From Priapulus caudatus (lineage: Eukaryota): 64,000 nt of DNA. The position numbers were made by a program, and so were the translations under genes. Below are positions 37,563 through 50,376 of the stretch, in pieces (within the stretch, counting starts at the first letter, position 1; every line of letters starts with the position of its first letter). Under the pieces are notes generated by a model. The model made no database searches and was not told the DNA's origin. It saw only the letters and a program-made list of their open reading frames with translations. Location: positions 739,730-803,729 of the forward strand of contig NW_014577084.1 in NCBI RefSeq assembly GCF_000485595.1. The letters run 5' to 3'.

Positions 37563-38153
37563 CTATTTCCTTGCAACCTTGGGAGATTTCTTTGTGGTCG
37601 ACTTTGAAGTCTTCTTAGCTGCTGGTTTCTTCACAGGCTTTGGCTTAGTGGCCTTCTTCGCTGGAGATTTTGTTGCCTTCTTAACAGCTGGTTTCTTCAC
37701 TGCCTTTGGTTTTTTCGCCGCAGTAGTTTTGGACCCAAGCTTTCCAGTACTCTTCGATTTAACCGCAGGCTGCTTTGCCTTTGCACTACCTGCCTTCTTT
37801 GCTGCTGGCTTTTTAGCGGTGGGTCTTTTCGCCGTCGGCTTCTTTTCGACTTTTTTCTCGCCGAGGCGGAAGCTTCCAGATGCTCCGGTTCCCTTGATCT
37901 GCTTCAGTTGACCACTAGTCACTCCTCGCTTCAAGCACATCTTCAGGTGAGCATTGATCATCTTGTCGTCGCCTCCAACCTTATAATGCGCCTTGATGTA
38001 CTTCATAATCGCCTGGCGAGAGGAGCCTCCTCTTTCCTTCAGGGTAGTGATGGCTGATTGCACCATCTCGGAATATTTCGGGTGGCTTGCCGGTGCCTTC
38101 GCCTTCCTTGGTTTAACAGCAGCTTTCTTTGGAGAGGATACCATGTCTGCCAT
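37563..38153 (-). CDS. H1: Linker histone H1, H1-delta/H1.0-like, copy 2, 196 aa
   Basis: Same globular domain with different tails; AATAAA at 37526-37531 and 37385-37390 (minus strand). Confidence 0.95.
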   Translation of the reverse strand: MADMVSSPKKAAVKPRKAKAPASHPKYSEMVQSAITTLKERGGSSRQAIMKYIKAHYKVGGDDKMINAHLKMCLKRGVTSGQLKQIKGTGASGSFRLGEKKVEKKPTAKRPTAKKPAAKKAGSAKAKQPAVKSKSTGKLGSKTTAAKKPKAVKKPAVKKATKSPAKKATKPKPVKKPAAKKTSKSTTKKSPKVARK

Positions 38154-38217
38154 TGCATATATAGAAACGTACACACCGCTCTCAAAACTGGAACTGCCTT
38201 GTCGCTAAACTAGGCGA

Positions 38218-38318
38218 GGCTATAAAGGGCAAGCGCGGATGTGAGTGAAAACACCTACATGCTCGCCGCGGAATGGCGGATTTCGGTGCCGCCGAGATGC
38301 TGATTGTGTTTGTTACCT
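38218..38318 (-). promoter_or_regulatory. H1 copy 2 promoter: TATA-like TTTATA, conserved block, H1 (AC) box
   Basis: AAACACA at 38305-38311; aagcgcggatgtgagtgaaaacacc aligns with 35403-35428. Confidence 0.7.
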
Positions 38319-39023
38319 CGTAAAAAATATATTGTTATGGTATTTCTCTTAGTCACAAACTGATGTGATTACATTTTTAATAGAGGTAAGTCCATATGCT
38401 ATCATAGTAATCTAGTTTTGCTCAGAGTTCTATAAATATCGACAAGTTATTGCTGTAGGTTGACCAAGTGGGCGTATAAATACGTGTTAAGTTGCGAATA
38501 ATATTTCATTTATCATTAATTTCGTACTATATATTATTTTCATCGTTGCAGATTATGAAAGTTCAATATCTTAGCTACACTTTCCTGTAATTTCTCATTT
38601 GTAGCTGCTACCATTAATTAGCAATGTACATATATACTTGGCTCAGGGAAAACATTACGTCCCCGGAAATCAGGAATCGCCATTTTAGAACTTTCAGTGA
38701 ATAACAATTAATTCTGTCATTGATTTTGATCGATAAGCAATAAAAGGTTTAAAGATCTCATGTAGAATATGTTTTATATACGCCCACTGAACGATGCGGT
38801 ATAGCTTTGGTTATATAAGATGTATTACATTGTGGATATTACATAAGATGTTACATTGTGTTGTGGAACAAGCGCCGAATACCATCGAACTATATATATA
38901 CCCACGTATATAGGAATATCTATGCTAGATTTTGCATTTTATTTTTTGAACATTTCCGTTATAGACCACGGAATTGGTGTGAATTTACAATAGACGGCGC
39001 CTCAGTGATTTTATATACAGGGT

Positions 39024-39540
39024 CAGGGGCGGATTCAGACCGTATTTGCCGTATTGGGAAATACGGTCTAGATTTCAAAGTGCCCTTCGAAATTTACAGA
39101 AAATACAAATAATACAGAAAACAATTTGATGGAATTTGGCTATATTCTTTATTTGTTTTTTTCCTTCTGATTCATTGACAGGACTTGAAGGAAATCAAAA
39201 TTTTACATGGTAACAAAACTAGCTTTGATATCTGAAAAAGAAGGGAAGTGCTTGAATAATACTGCATTAAATACTGGTATGCAAAGCACAGGAAAAATGA
39301 AGCAGAAATAAAATTCCAGTTTTAGTTTTTAGCTAGTGTTGCTGCTTGACTTAATGGTGCTCATTTTTGTGCCCAGGGACCCTAGAAATTTTGAAAATTT
39401 CCTGGGGGAGGGCCCCCAGACCCCCCGCCATGTGCTTCGCGCCTGACGGCGCTCACTGTGGAGTGGTGTGCCCTTTTTGGGGAATGTGCCCTTAAAATCA
39501 GGAAAAATACTGTCTATCCTCAGCCCTGGATCTGCTCCTG
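39024..39540. mobile_element. hAT-like MITE with 5-bp flanking repeat
   Basis: AGGGT|CAGGGGCGGATTCAG..CTGGATCTGCTCCTG|AGGGT. Confidence 0.65.
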
Positions 39541-39573
39541 AGGGTAGCCGAGCAGGTTGGCCAATGCAGTAGG

Positions 39574-41198
39574 GCTGAAGGGGTCGTTGTCGTATCAGGT
39601 ACTACAGATGTATGTACTCGAGGTACGTATATTATCAGGTTATGTATACACAAGTGTATCAGACCTGTATCTTCTCAGCATATAATTTTTATGTACCCTG
39701 TGTTTACATAAACGTACCTGCCCCTGAGATGGAGATCGAATGAAGACGGTCATGGAGGAGGAGGAGGGGCAGGAGGAGGAGGAGGAGGAGGACGAGGAGG
39801 GAAGAAGGCGATGGAGTAGGGGGAGGAGGAGGGGAGGAGGTGATGCAGTAGGAGGAGGAGGAGGAGGAGGACGAGGAGGGAAGAAGGCGATGGAGTAGGG
39901 GGAGGAGGAGGGGAGGAGGTGATGCAGTAGGAGGAGGAGGAGGAGGAGGACGAGGAGGGAAGAAGGCGATGGAGTAGGGGGAGGAGGANNNNNNNNNNNN
40001 NNNNNNNNNNNNNNNNNNNNNNNNNNNNNNNNNNNNNNNNNNNNNNNNNNNNNNNNNNNNNNNNNNNNNNNNNNNNNNNNNNNNNNNNNNNNNNNNNNNN
40101 NNNNNNNNNNNNNNNNNNNNNNNNNNNNNNNNNNNNNNNNNNNNNNNNNNNNNNNNNNNNNNNNNNNNNNNNNNNNNNNNNNNNNNNNNNNNNNNNNNNN
40201 NNNNNNNNNNNNNNNNNNNNNNNNNNNNNNNNNNNNNNNNNNNNNNNNNNNNNNNNNNNNNNNNNNNNNNNNNNNNNNNNNNNNNNNNNNNNNNNNNNNN
40301 NNNNNNNNNNNNNNNNNNNNNNNNNNNNNNNNNNNNNNNNNNNNNNNNNNNNNNNNNNNNNNNNNNNNNNNNNNNNNNNNNNNNNNNNNNNNNNNNNNNN
40401 NNNNNNNNNNNNNNNNNNNNNNNNNNNNNNNNNNNNNNNNNNNNNNNNNNNNNNNNNNNNNNNNNNNNNNNNNNNNNNNNNNNNNNNNNNNNNNNNNNNN
40501 NNNNNNNNNNNNNNNNNNNNNNNNNNNNNNNNNNNNNNNNNNNNNNNNNNNNNNNNNNNNNNNNNNNNNNNNNNNNNNNNNNNNNNNNNNNNNNNNNNNN
40601 NNNNNNNNNNNNNNNNNNNNNNNNNNNNNNNNNNNNNNNNNNNNNNNNNNNNNNNNNNNNNNNNNNNNNNTCCTCCTCCTCCTCCTACTGCATCACCTCC
40701 TCCCCTCCTCCTCCCCCTACTCCATCGCCTTCTTCCCTCCTCGTCCTCCTCCTCCTCCTCCTCCTACTGCATCACCTCCTCCCCTCCTCCTCCCCCTACT
40801 CCATCGCCTTCTTCCCTCCTCGTCCTCCTCCTCCTCCTCCTCCTACTGCATCACCTCCTCCCCTCCTCCTCCCCCTACTCCATCGCCTTCTTCCCTCCTC
40901 CTCCTCCTCCTCCTCCTCCTCCTACTGCATCACCTTCTCCCCTCCTCCTCCTCCTCCCCCTACTCCATCACCTTCTCCCCTCCTCTTCCTTCTCCTCCTC
41001 CTCCTCTTCCTCCTCCTCCTGCCCCTACTCCTCCTCCATGACCGTCTTCATTCGATCTCCATCTCAGGGGCAGGTACGTTTATGCAAACACAGGGTACAT
41101 ATATGCTAAGAAGATACAGGTCTGGTGCACTTGTGTATACATTTACGTACCTCGGGTACATATCGTATAGTACCTGATACGACAACGACCCCTTCAGC
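39574..41198. mobile_element. Foldback-like MULE with GAG-rich minisatellite arms (centre is an N gap)
   Basis: GCTGAAGGGGTCGTTGTCG..CGACAACGACCCCTTCAGC termini, exact 9-bp TSD TGCAGTAGG; purine-rich ~80-bp repeats left of the gap, their reverse complement to the right. Confidence 0.85.
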
Positions 41199-41212
41199 TG
41201 CAGTAGGACGTA

Positions 41213-41624
41213 CAGTGATTCCCAACATTTTCACCACCAAGGACCCCTTTTATTTAAATTAATTTTCTCACGGACCCCAGGTTTTTGAAAGGTCTGTCTA
41301 CTCAACAAGCCGATTTTATTAATTAGCAACAAACTCGTTTCCCCAGTTTCATCTCTCAATTGATAGACATTACATGTAACGAAATCAGCCGTTATAGGCT
41401 ATTTTATAGCTAAAACATCTACCCCGCACAAACAATGTTGCCATACTGAGTTGAAAATATTGCAACCAAGAACAACGATACATAAAATTTGTACGTTTAT
41501 TTTAGCAGGCTTAGCGTGAGTAATTATACATTTTACGCTGGAGCCTTTTGAAATTTTGAACTCAGCTCACGGACCCCCCAGCACTACCTTTGCGGGCCCC
41601 CTGGGGTCCGCGTAGGAACCACTG
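41213..41624. mobile_element. hAT (Charlie-like) MITE
   Basis: CAGTGATTCCCAA..TAGGAACCACTG termini with subterminal ggacccc motifs; TSD unclear. Confidence 0.55.
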
Positions 41625-42778
41625 CGGTAGGATGTAGGCGGCACTGTGATTCTTTGACTTTATATCTTTTCTATGATATCAGAAATTTATCATAATTTAA
41701 TACAATAGTATAGATACTGTATAGAATATATAAGTGTAAAATATACTCTATAGTATTTAGAGTACTATACACACACGCATGTTTATTATGTTTATTGACA
41801 TATACATGACATGTGATGCGCATGCGACTGCTACACCTATGGCTACACCGCATCAGTGGCTGAGTATCCCAGGGAAGTATTTGTGTACATATGAAATGGT
41901 TATTTTTGATATAATGCGTACTTTTATTATGTGCTTGTATCGATATGTACAAATGTTATATTATTTACTATCCATAATCCCGTGAAATCCCGCTGCAGTC
42001 TATTGTATGAACGAACATGTAGATTACAGTTTGCTTTTACAGTTACATATCGCGCGCTTATAAATTATTTCTCTCGGAAGATGGCGCGACGATATTCGTG
42101 GCGGATATCGCAGATATACGTAACTGCATACATATACGTAACATATACGTAAGCTGTATAATGGGTGTATATTCATGACAGTATATGTTATGTTACATAT
42201 TGTATACTATTACATATATAGTCGCTATTACATATTCTCAATCACTCACTGCTCTATATATCTATACTCCTTAGCCCTATATAACAACTGTTTTTATGTG
42301 ACTATAAATATGTAAATTAGTGCACGAGTGTTACATAGACAATTATTATACGCATACTATGCGTGCTCGTTCTGAATACATTTCACTATCATTTTGTTAC
42401 GATTGAATATTACATATATTTGATTACAACTTCGGAAACGTACTATTACTCGGGATATGGGTTTTCATGTGTGTATGTCGCAAGCATATTTCGCAAAAAT
42501 GCATATAGCATAGCGAATCTAGTATATTTTGGTATTTCATGTGCTTTGTTGTTACTACGTGACTACTTGCTTGTGTTTCTACAGACACGCCAGCGATTTG
42601 GTGTTATAATATTGGCCTATGTAATGACAAAAAATCTACTATGTACACTCGGGGCACTATTAAGTTGGCTACCCTTTAAACGACACGTTTCATGGTTTTG
42701 CGAAATAAACATCTCAAGTGCAGATAGATATTGCATATTATATAGTAACGCGTGTCTTTGGTGTTGCTGTTGTTGTTG

Positions 42779-42779
<1 letters not shown>

Positions 42780-42875
<96 letters not shown>

Positions 42876-42891
42876 TGTGTGTGTGTGTGTG
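42780..42891. repeat. (GT)n microsatellite
   Basis: Direct inspection. Confidence 0.97.
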
Positions 42892-43766
42892 CGCGCTTGC
42901 GCGTGTACATGCGTGTCTGTAGTCCTATTTTCGCAGTAAAGAATAAAACGTTCAAACCACAACGGATGTGTTCACTCTGCACGACTGTATGATATGATCG
43001 GTAAAGAGTATAGGAAGCCTAATAGAGCTGTTGTTCCGCGCAGCATGCCATCTGTTGCGCAATGCTGCTATAGGACCCGACAAAATGGTAACCGTTTAGC
43101 AAGCCACCGGGAGCGATAAATCCTGTTGCGTTGTCGTTATTATCTCAAACTTGTAGCTGTCGACACGAGACGGAGGGGAAGACGAAATAGGTTGGCAGTC
43201 GTTCGCAAATTTGGCTAGGAAAATATATCATTTTGGTATAATTCTCAAAACAAACACGCTGATAAATCGAGCCTGAGTGTTAACCCTCCTCTTGCGTGCG
43301 CGGTCAAAGACATGCGTGAATCTATCTATGATACAGGTGCAACAGGCGCTCGAATTTTTGCTGTGAGTATATAAACCTTTTATACGAACTGAATAGGTTC
43401 TCTAATTCACACAGCATTGAGCTTTTAGTCTAAATATAAATGACGTGTCGGTTACCGTTGGAAGCACCCCACAGGGCACGCACGTACACTATTATCATTA
43501 TTTAAACCTATCTGTCGCGCTGCGAGCTTCGTGGAATTGAGGTGTAGTGAATACAGGTGGTTTGCATATAGGCCTATACCATAGACAGATACTAGGTGTA
43601 GAAGATTTATGGGGATCCTCCCATCAATCTTATTATATCCAGTCTGTTTTTGCAGTGTTTTCCTGAGTATTCAATCATGTGCGCGTACATTCTATTTGCG
43701 GTATGATATTTGTTTATTCAAAATATGTCCTCGCCCTAGCCGACTAAAATCCAGAGACAGTGTTAG

Positions 43767-44113
43767 AAAACAAGAGCAATCGGAGATAGCAAATCACGGC
43801 CACAGCGTAACAGCCCCCCCCTTCTTGCTGGTACACCAAATATAAAGTTTGATACAATTTTCAGAAATTTGAAAAAAAGAAAAAAGATCCAGGTATCCGA
43901 AGTCTTCCCCACAAAAAAATCCTGGATCCAGATCTGGATCCGGATCACCACCAAAATCTAATGGATTAGTTCTTGGCCCAAGACCAACCCGTCCAAAAAA
44001 TTTCATCAAAATCCGTCCGTAACTTTTTGAGATATCCTGCTGACAGACAAACAAACAAACCAACAAACAAACTAACAGGGGCGAAAACATAACCTCCTTG
44101 GCGGAGGTAATAA
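43767..44113 (-). mobile_element. Helentron-associated (HINE/DINE-1-like) element
   Basis: Minus strand TTACCTCCGCCAAGGAGGTTATG start, (GTTT)n core, 3' ..ctccgattgctcttgttt end; the two halves of a second copy lie at 5250-5460 and 9003-9081. Confidence 0.6.
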
Positions 44114-44833
44114 CACGCAAGGTTATAATCATTGTACTAAATTGAACATACGCAGCTACGATTGTGTAAGTCCGCTCAGGAAGGGGATCCGGGAAATTCT
44201 GAGAGGGATCTGATGAATGCTTGAAGTCTTTAAACGGTGTTGAGTCCGGACTGATGGACTCTACTCTAAATCTGCCCTTAGTATTCAAAATCTCCCAAGC
44301 TGGGTGGGGGCACTTTCCATCATCAGTGACACAGAGGTGAGCTGTATATGCGATCCTGGGAGAGGGCTGCTGATTTACCTCGACCACGTTTGCTAAGTCA
44401 ACAAAACCAAGCCACGTTTGTCAAGTGAAAAACGATTACTAGACACTGGTCGTCTATGTGCAGGCCTGTGTGCACTCTAACCGCTAATAGAGCGTGAACC
44501 CTATAACTAGTTCGGAACTAGCCGATTCCTTAAAAAGAGAGATATTTCTGTGTCACACCCTTGTAACGGTCGGCGAGTGGTAAAATTCCACAAATCTTTA
44601 TTCAGGGCGGGATCTTTAGACACCCCTGTAGGAGACGCAACATAAAACGTTGTCCTGTTGTCGACGGTGTGGGGGACTATTATATAGCGTTTGCCTGATG
44701 TCGATGCTGTGGGCGGTATATCTGTCGTCCTTTTGTCGAGAGCGACGGGGGCTCCATTATATAATAACGTTATATATTATCCATTATAATATCCGTTATT
44801 TAACGTTTTACTGTTGTCGAGACTGTAGAAGGT

Positions 44834-47808
44834 GCTATATCTAACATTTACCTGTTACCGACGATGTGGGGGCGCTATATCTAACGTTTACCTGTTACCG
44901 ACGATGTGGGGGCGCTATATCTAACGTTTACCCGTTACCGACGATGTGGGGCCGCTATATCTAACGTTTACGTGTTACCGACGATGTGGGGCCGCTATAT
45001 CTAACGTTTACCTGTTGCCGACGATGTGGGGCCGCTATATCTAACGTTTACCTGTTGCCGACGATGTGGGGGCGCTATATCTAACATTTACCTGTTACCG
45101 ACGATGTGGGCGGGCCGCTATTATCTTAACATTTTTACCTGCGCTTACCGACGATGCTGGGGGCGCCTAGTATCTAACGTTTACTGTTCACCGACGATGT
45201 GGTCGGCGGGCGCTTATATGCTAACGTTTACCTGTTACCGACGTTGTGGTGCGTATATCGTAACGTTTACTGTTGCCTGACGATGTGGCCAGGCCGCTAT
45301 ATCTAAACACGTTTACGTCTCCGTTACCACTCGAGGTTTGGTGATAAGGCTGCTCTGGATATCTTAGTATATTTTATAGTAGCTTTATAAGTGCACAAAG
45401 ATATAGCGCACGAACTATAGCGCGTGCGTCGTACATCATCATAGAGAACATTTAGCACTTTTATCTCCTGACGGAATAAATAAGTGTCGCGGAAGGCTGC
45501 AGCTTCGCCGTTATATACTGCTCACTGACACTATGTAGCATAACATAAGTATCAAACGAAAACGATGATTTATGAAGATAGAAGAGGGCGCTATATCTGA
45601 GAACGCTCTCTTTACGCGCTACGTTTTACCTCTCTCTTGTATTGTCTCTAGAGTTCACTTCTTTGTGTAGGTGCGCTGACGCCATATCTGAACAACCTTC
45701 TACCTCTTGGTACGCATCGCATGTGGGGCTGGGCGTGTCGCAATCACTCATAGTCTGCTTACAAAGTCTCTGAAAATAGATTCCTTTAACCAGTAACTTA
45801 CACCGCACTCGCATGTGTCGCTGGTGTGACCTGGTTTTAACTCTCAGAGATATCTTAACATTATATACCCGCTCAGTCTCATCTCTGACACTCGACACGT
45901 AGTGCCATACTACACAGCCTGAGGGCCGACTCAATGATTCCCCAGTTTTCAGGCTGCAGCGACTGTGGAGAATAAGAAGGGAGATTAATGATACTCTATA
46001 GTCGTGTCTCTGATCCCACTCGCGTTTACGGACTCTCGAATCGTAGTAAACCTCTGCGTGCAAGTATCATGCTGTACTTGCCACTTATGAAAATACTAAA
46101 TCCGATCTCTTACAATAAGAATTACCGTTCTGAACAGCATGTGTCCCGACGTGGGTGATGGCGCCCTTATCATCTAACGTTAACTGTTGCCGACGATGTG
46201 GGTAGCCGCATATATCTAACGATTTACCTGCTTCCGACGATGTGCGGGGCCCGCTATATCTAAAACCGATTTACCTGTTACCGCACGAATAAGTGGGGGG
46301 CGCTATAATCTAACTGTATCTCACTTCGTGTGTCATGCATCGCAACTTTAACCAATAGTAACATCGCGTTCCCAATAATGCTTCTCTGTCCCAGTACTAT
46401 CGGTGATTTTTATAACATCAATAGCTTGTTTACTTGTTTACTATCTGGCTCTAATTCCTTTTCATCACCTTTAGTAGCTGTACGTCGATTCGATCGCTCG
46501 GGCGGCTACGCACCGGTATTACATAATTCCACTGATACAGGTGTTGAAACCTACGCGGTTGCAAGATGCTCTCTCACTCGCTCGTGTTATAGAGACGCAC
46601 GCTGCTTATATCTAAACGTTTAGGACTTGATTTGCGCCACGCACTTGAGTTGGATAGCGGAGCGGCCGGGCTTTCATTTATCTCACTCTAAATTATTTTA
46701 GACCTACTATGTATTCGTAACGACATTGATTGTGGTTAGACGGTCGCTTACTTAACCACATTTTTATATCTAATCGTGATTGACCTCGCTTCGCTGTCGC
46801 ACGCACAGTGAATGCCATTAGGGTAAACATGTTCTTTTTCGATCAAGCCATGACATCAAACCCAAAAACTTACATTTATTTAATTACTGAGGCTTTGGTG
46901 TGTTGACTCTTCTTGGCGAAACTCACTCTAAGCCCTAGGTATACTCTATATTAGCAAATTTAACTTCTCATGCCATAAGCCGTCGCAATATTTAATAATA
47001 TCAGGTAGATATGACACTCGCATGCATAACTATGATGAATTGACGGACGCCATAAACCAGTCTTGCCATTTGAACGTACCATGCAACGAGATACGGTTTA
47101 TTCTAAGGTAACAATAACCACAGTGTAGAGTTATATGAGAGGCAGGTGAAAGCCTCTTGAAATGTTCATTGAATTGACCGGTCACCATGATGCAAATAAC
47201 ATGCTTATGCTGGGAAGGCCCAAAGCTTAACGCCCATTAAGCTGCAGCGCAAACCAAACCCATAGTGCCTAAACACCGCAGAGTTGAATCCATTGCACGG
47301 GTTTAGCCCAACACGGGTATGCTTGCGCCAGCAAACCATTTTGATGTTGTTCCAACATCAGAGCAAACATAGGCCTCACCATTGGTTTCTCTTACATGGT
47401 CTTCAACCACACGCTGTGGTTTGATTTTTTCATTCTTTATCCTGTATATAATTAAAGCCTCGTTTACATTCGCCATAAGTAATTTTGTTGCCACATTAGA
47501 CTTAATTTCATTCCATCAGGAGTAAAAGTTTAATTGTCTTTTCAATTCATTCCGCCATAAGTAGTTGCCAATCACTATTTGCAACCTAGGCAAACAACCC
47601 CGGGGACGTGAGCAGTGATGGTTTTGCGGGAAATAGGAGGTCGGGTCCCCAAAATATCGAACCCCCATTGAATTATAGTTGCCGGTTCCAGTGGCGGGCG
47701 CTATATCTAACATTTACCTGTTACCGACGATGTGGGGGCGCTATATCTAACGTTTACCTGTTACCGACGATGTGGGGGCGCTATATCTAACATTTACCTG
47801 TTATCGCC
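44834..47808. repeat. 40-bp minisatellite (gcgctatatctaacgtttacctgttaccgacgatgtgggg) with low-quality interior
   Basis: Clean units at 44834-45110 and 47698-47808; decayed units at ~45110-45330 and 46160-46320; ilvI fragment embedded. Confidence 0.85.
46740..47690 (-). pseudogene. ilvI: Frameshifted 3' part of a gammaproteobacterial acetolactate synthase large subunit gene (contaminant read or HGT)
   Basis: Collinear motifs recovered across indels: ATII.VDIDPTSISKT, EKIKPQRVVE, TNGEAYVCSDVG, KP.QWINS.GLGTMGFGL.AAMGVKLAFP, VICI.GDGSIQMNIQE (TPP motif), GMVRQWQD, KEHVYPM, MWLSK. Confidence 0.85.
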
Positions 47809-47922
47809 ATGTCAAAATTATTGAAAATTTGTATTATAGAGGCGTATGTCAAAATGAATAAATATGACCGAGGAGTCCAGGGAAAGGACTTCTTTCGCAT
47901 GGCCCGGCCTTGTGTCTGTTAT

Positions 47923-47961
47923 CAAGAGCTAATAATACCTTATTAATAGCTTAAACTCTTG
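47923..47961. mobile_element. 39-bp scar matching the termini of the 23055-23844 family
   Basis: CTGTTAT|CAAGAGCTAATAATACCT..CTCTTG|TTGTTAT (7-bp TSD with 1 mismatch). Confidence 0.6.
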
Positions 47962-48921
47962 TTGTTATGATACTAAAATGTTCCTATTAAACTGTTTATT
48001 TTTAACTCTTGGTAATTTAACAAGCCAAATATAGAAAGAAAACGTTAGCGTGATTACTACTTTAAGTAATCAATCGGTATATGTCCTTGACATGGGCTTC
48101 AGTATTAGTTCTGTGGTGATTATTACTCTTACTACTCTGGTGATAGATTTCCCGCAAAACACTTTCTCATCGTGCAGCCTCGGATTTCCATCGGTTATTT
48201 GCTAGTTAGGTCTGAGTAATAGGCGCTAACCTTCGTGCGTGTGCACTGGTGGATCGAGAAGTGGTCCAACGGGTGGGAGCAACCCCTCACTTAGGGGTTC
48301 TGTGAGAGTGCTGTAGGTTCCCCCTAGCAGTGTATTTTGGTGCTTCAGGCGATAGGTGACATCTGCTGGATGAGCACTAAATTTGTGAAACAATAATAAG
48401 GGATTTTTACTCGTTTTCTGGTGTTGATTTTGGGACGGGCAAGGGTATGTCATTGATGCCCTATGGTGCGTGTATCACGTGAATTTAGCCACTTTGTTAA
48501 GGAACCACGATCTGGGATTGCACACTTGCGATGAGTTCCGTAATTAATTATTATTACCGGGAAAACATTTTTGTTTGGTGATAGGTTTCAGAACAATTTT
48601 CTCTGTCTTTCACGATAATACGTTATAACATAGGCTTTCCTTGATGCCTCATAGCCTATGTGTGCCCGATAACAATGTCACTTCACGGAAAGATATATCC
48701 GTAGTGCGGGGAGAATCAGAACCTCGAGCAAAACCTGACCATTGTTTATTTATGTATATCCACATTATCCTTTTATTTCCATTATTTCTCGTTTTCCGAT
48801 CGATTATTCGCCACCTAATGTTCGTCGGTGGAAATATCAGTTTCATGCCGTTGTCATGACAATTCCCAGGCCACATCCTGTCCCTGTTCATATCACCATG
48901 ACGGTACAAATGTAATTAGCA

Positions 48922-48959
<38 letters not shown>

Positions 48960-49700
48960 CGATTTGCTATTTATTTTGGCTTGATATGTGATCTTGATCA
49001 TGGCGAAGTTGTATAATATAATTGTACCCTTCCTACCCCACCCTATGACCGCATAGAAGGTACAGGACTGCTGATATTTACGCATGAGACAGACCAGGAA
49101 CACCTGTAAAAGCACTGTTTGTTGTAACGGGGCAAGTTTTGATTACAGGAAATTGGATCTAATGAGATCAAGGGTTGATGGGTCCGAGATTTTCTTAGTA
49201 GTGCGATATTCAACACTACGCCTTTAAATGGCGTAATCCGCGGATATGGGACTATGCTCAATGCCGTCTGTTTTCAGTAAAGAATATGTTTAGTAAAACA
49301 TGATGCATATTATGTTTGAACTAATATTTAAATTATATTTGATTTCAGGTTCGAAGTTGATATATAATATAATAATTGATGATATAACTATACGCAGAAG
49401 AGGCCTATACTCGCACAGTTGACCATTGGTAGCAAGGATCGACGTAAATCTTGTAGATAGCTACTTTGGCCATGTATTTATGTGAATTTTACACATTGAT
49501 GAGAACATGTTAATGTGGATATGCATGTAACCAGAGTGTACAGATCGAGGGTACGCGGGTAGGGTGTCAGCGATGTAGGCCTACGAATGTGTATTAGACG
49601 GAGTGAACTAACGCAGGTTCAATTAATCTAGTGCAAAATAATGTGCTCGAATACAGTGACCCTTGTCTAAATGTCATAGGATCACGCAATATCGCACCGC

Positions 49701-49764
<64 letters not shown>

Positions 49765-50376
49765 TTTTGCCACCAACTGTATTTGCTATTGAGGAGAGAG
49801 TGCACGGGATGGATCATGTCATCATATATAGGCTTTCACGTGATTAATGGCTTTCGAAAAGTAATTCCCGAAAATGGCATGTATAGATACATATGAGATT
49901 AAAATGCGACAACCAGGATACACAAAGCGCAGCCGATTATATATATATATATTATTATATATATGTATATATATATATTATATATATATATACATCAGGA
50001 GTAGATAATAGGGTATATAGATATAGTCCCTATTATTACTCCTGATATTACATGTATGTGCGTGCGTGCGTGCGTGGCGTGGCGTTGCGTGGCGTGCGTG
50101 CGCGCGCATTATGTAGGCGCGTATCATTCTGCGTGTATAGGGGCTTATATGATATTGAAACACACCGAGGTCGCTGGACCACACCATTGTGCAAGTTTAT
50201 GACATACAGTATACGCACAGTAGTTCGTTGCCAGTGTACCCATGCAGTAAGAGGAATAAGGGATTACCTGCTCGTATTCTGGAATACCTGTTGCATTCTA
50301 GTTAATCTTTGACCACATATCGAGCATATTCGTCTGCATTTTACACCACCCGTTGTATATTCGTATTACGATCGTA

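Noticed and set aside
42363..42992. ORFs with CV/HT runs
   Set aside because: Translation of the (GT)n microsatellite.
44834..45110. CRISPR-like regular 40-bp repeats
   Set aside because: Head-to-tail units with no unique spacers and no cas genes; eukaryotic minisatellite.
45330..46640. Apparently unique sequence and a 145-aa ORF (45626-46063)
   Set aside because: Contains decayed traces of the 40-bp unit; looks like low-quality base calls.
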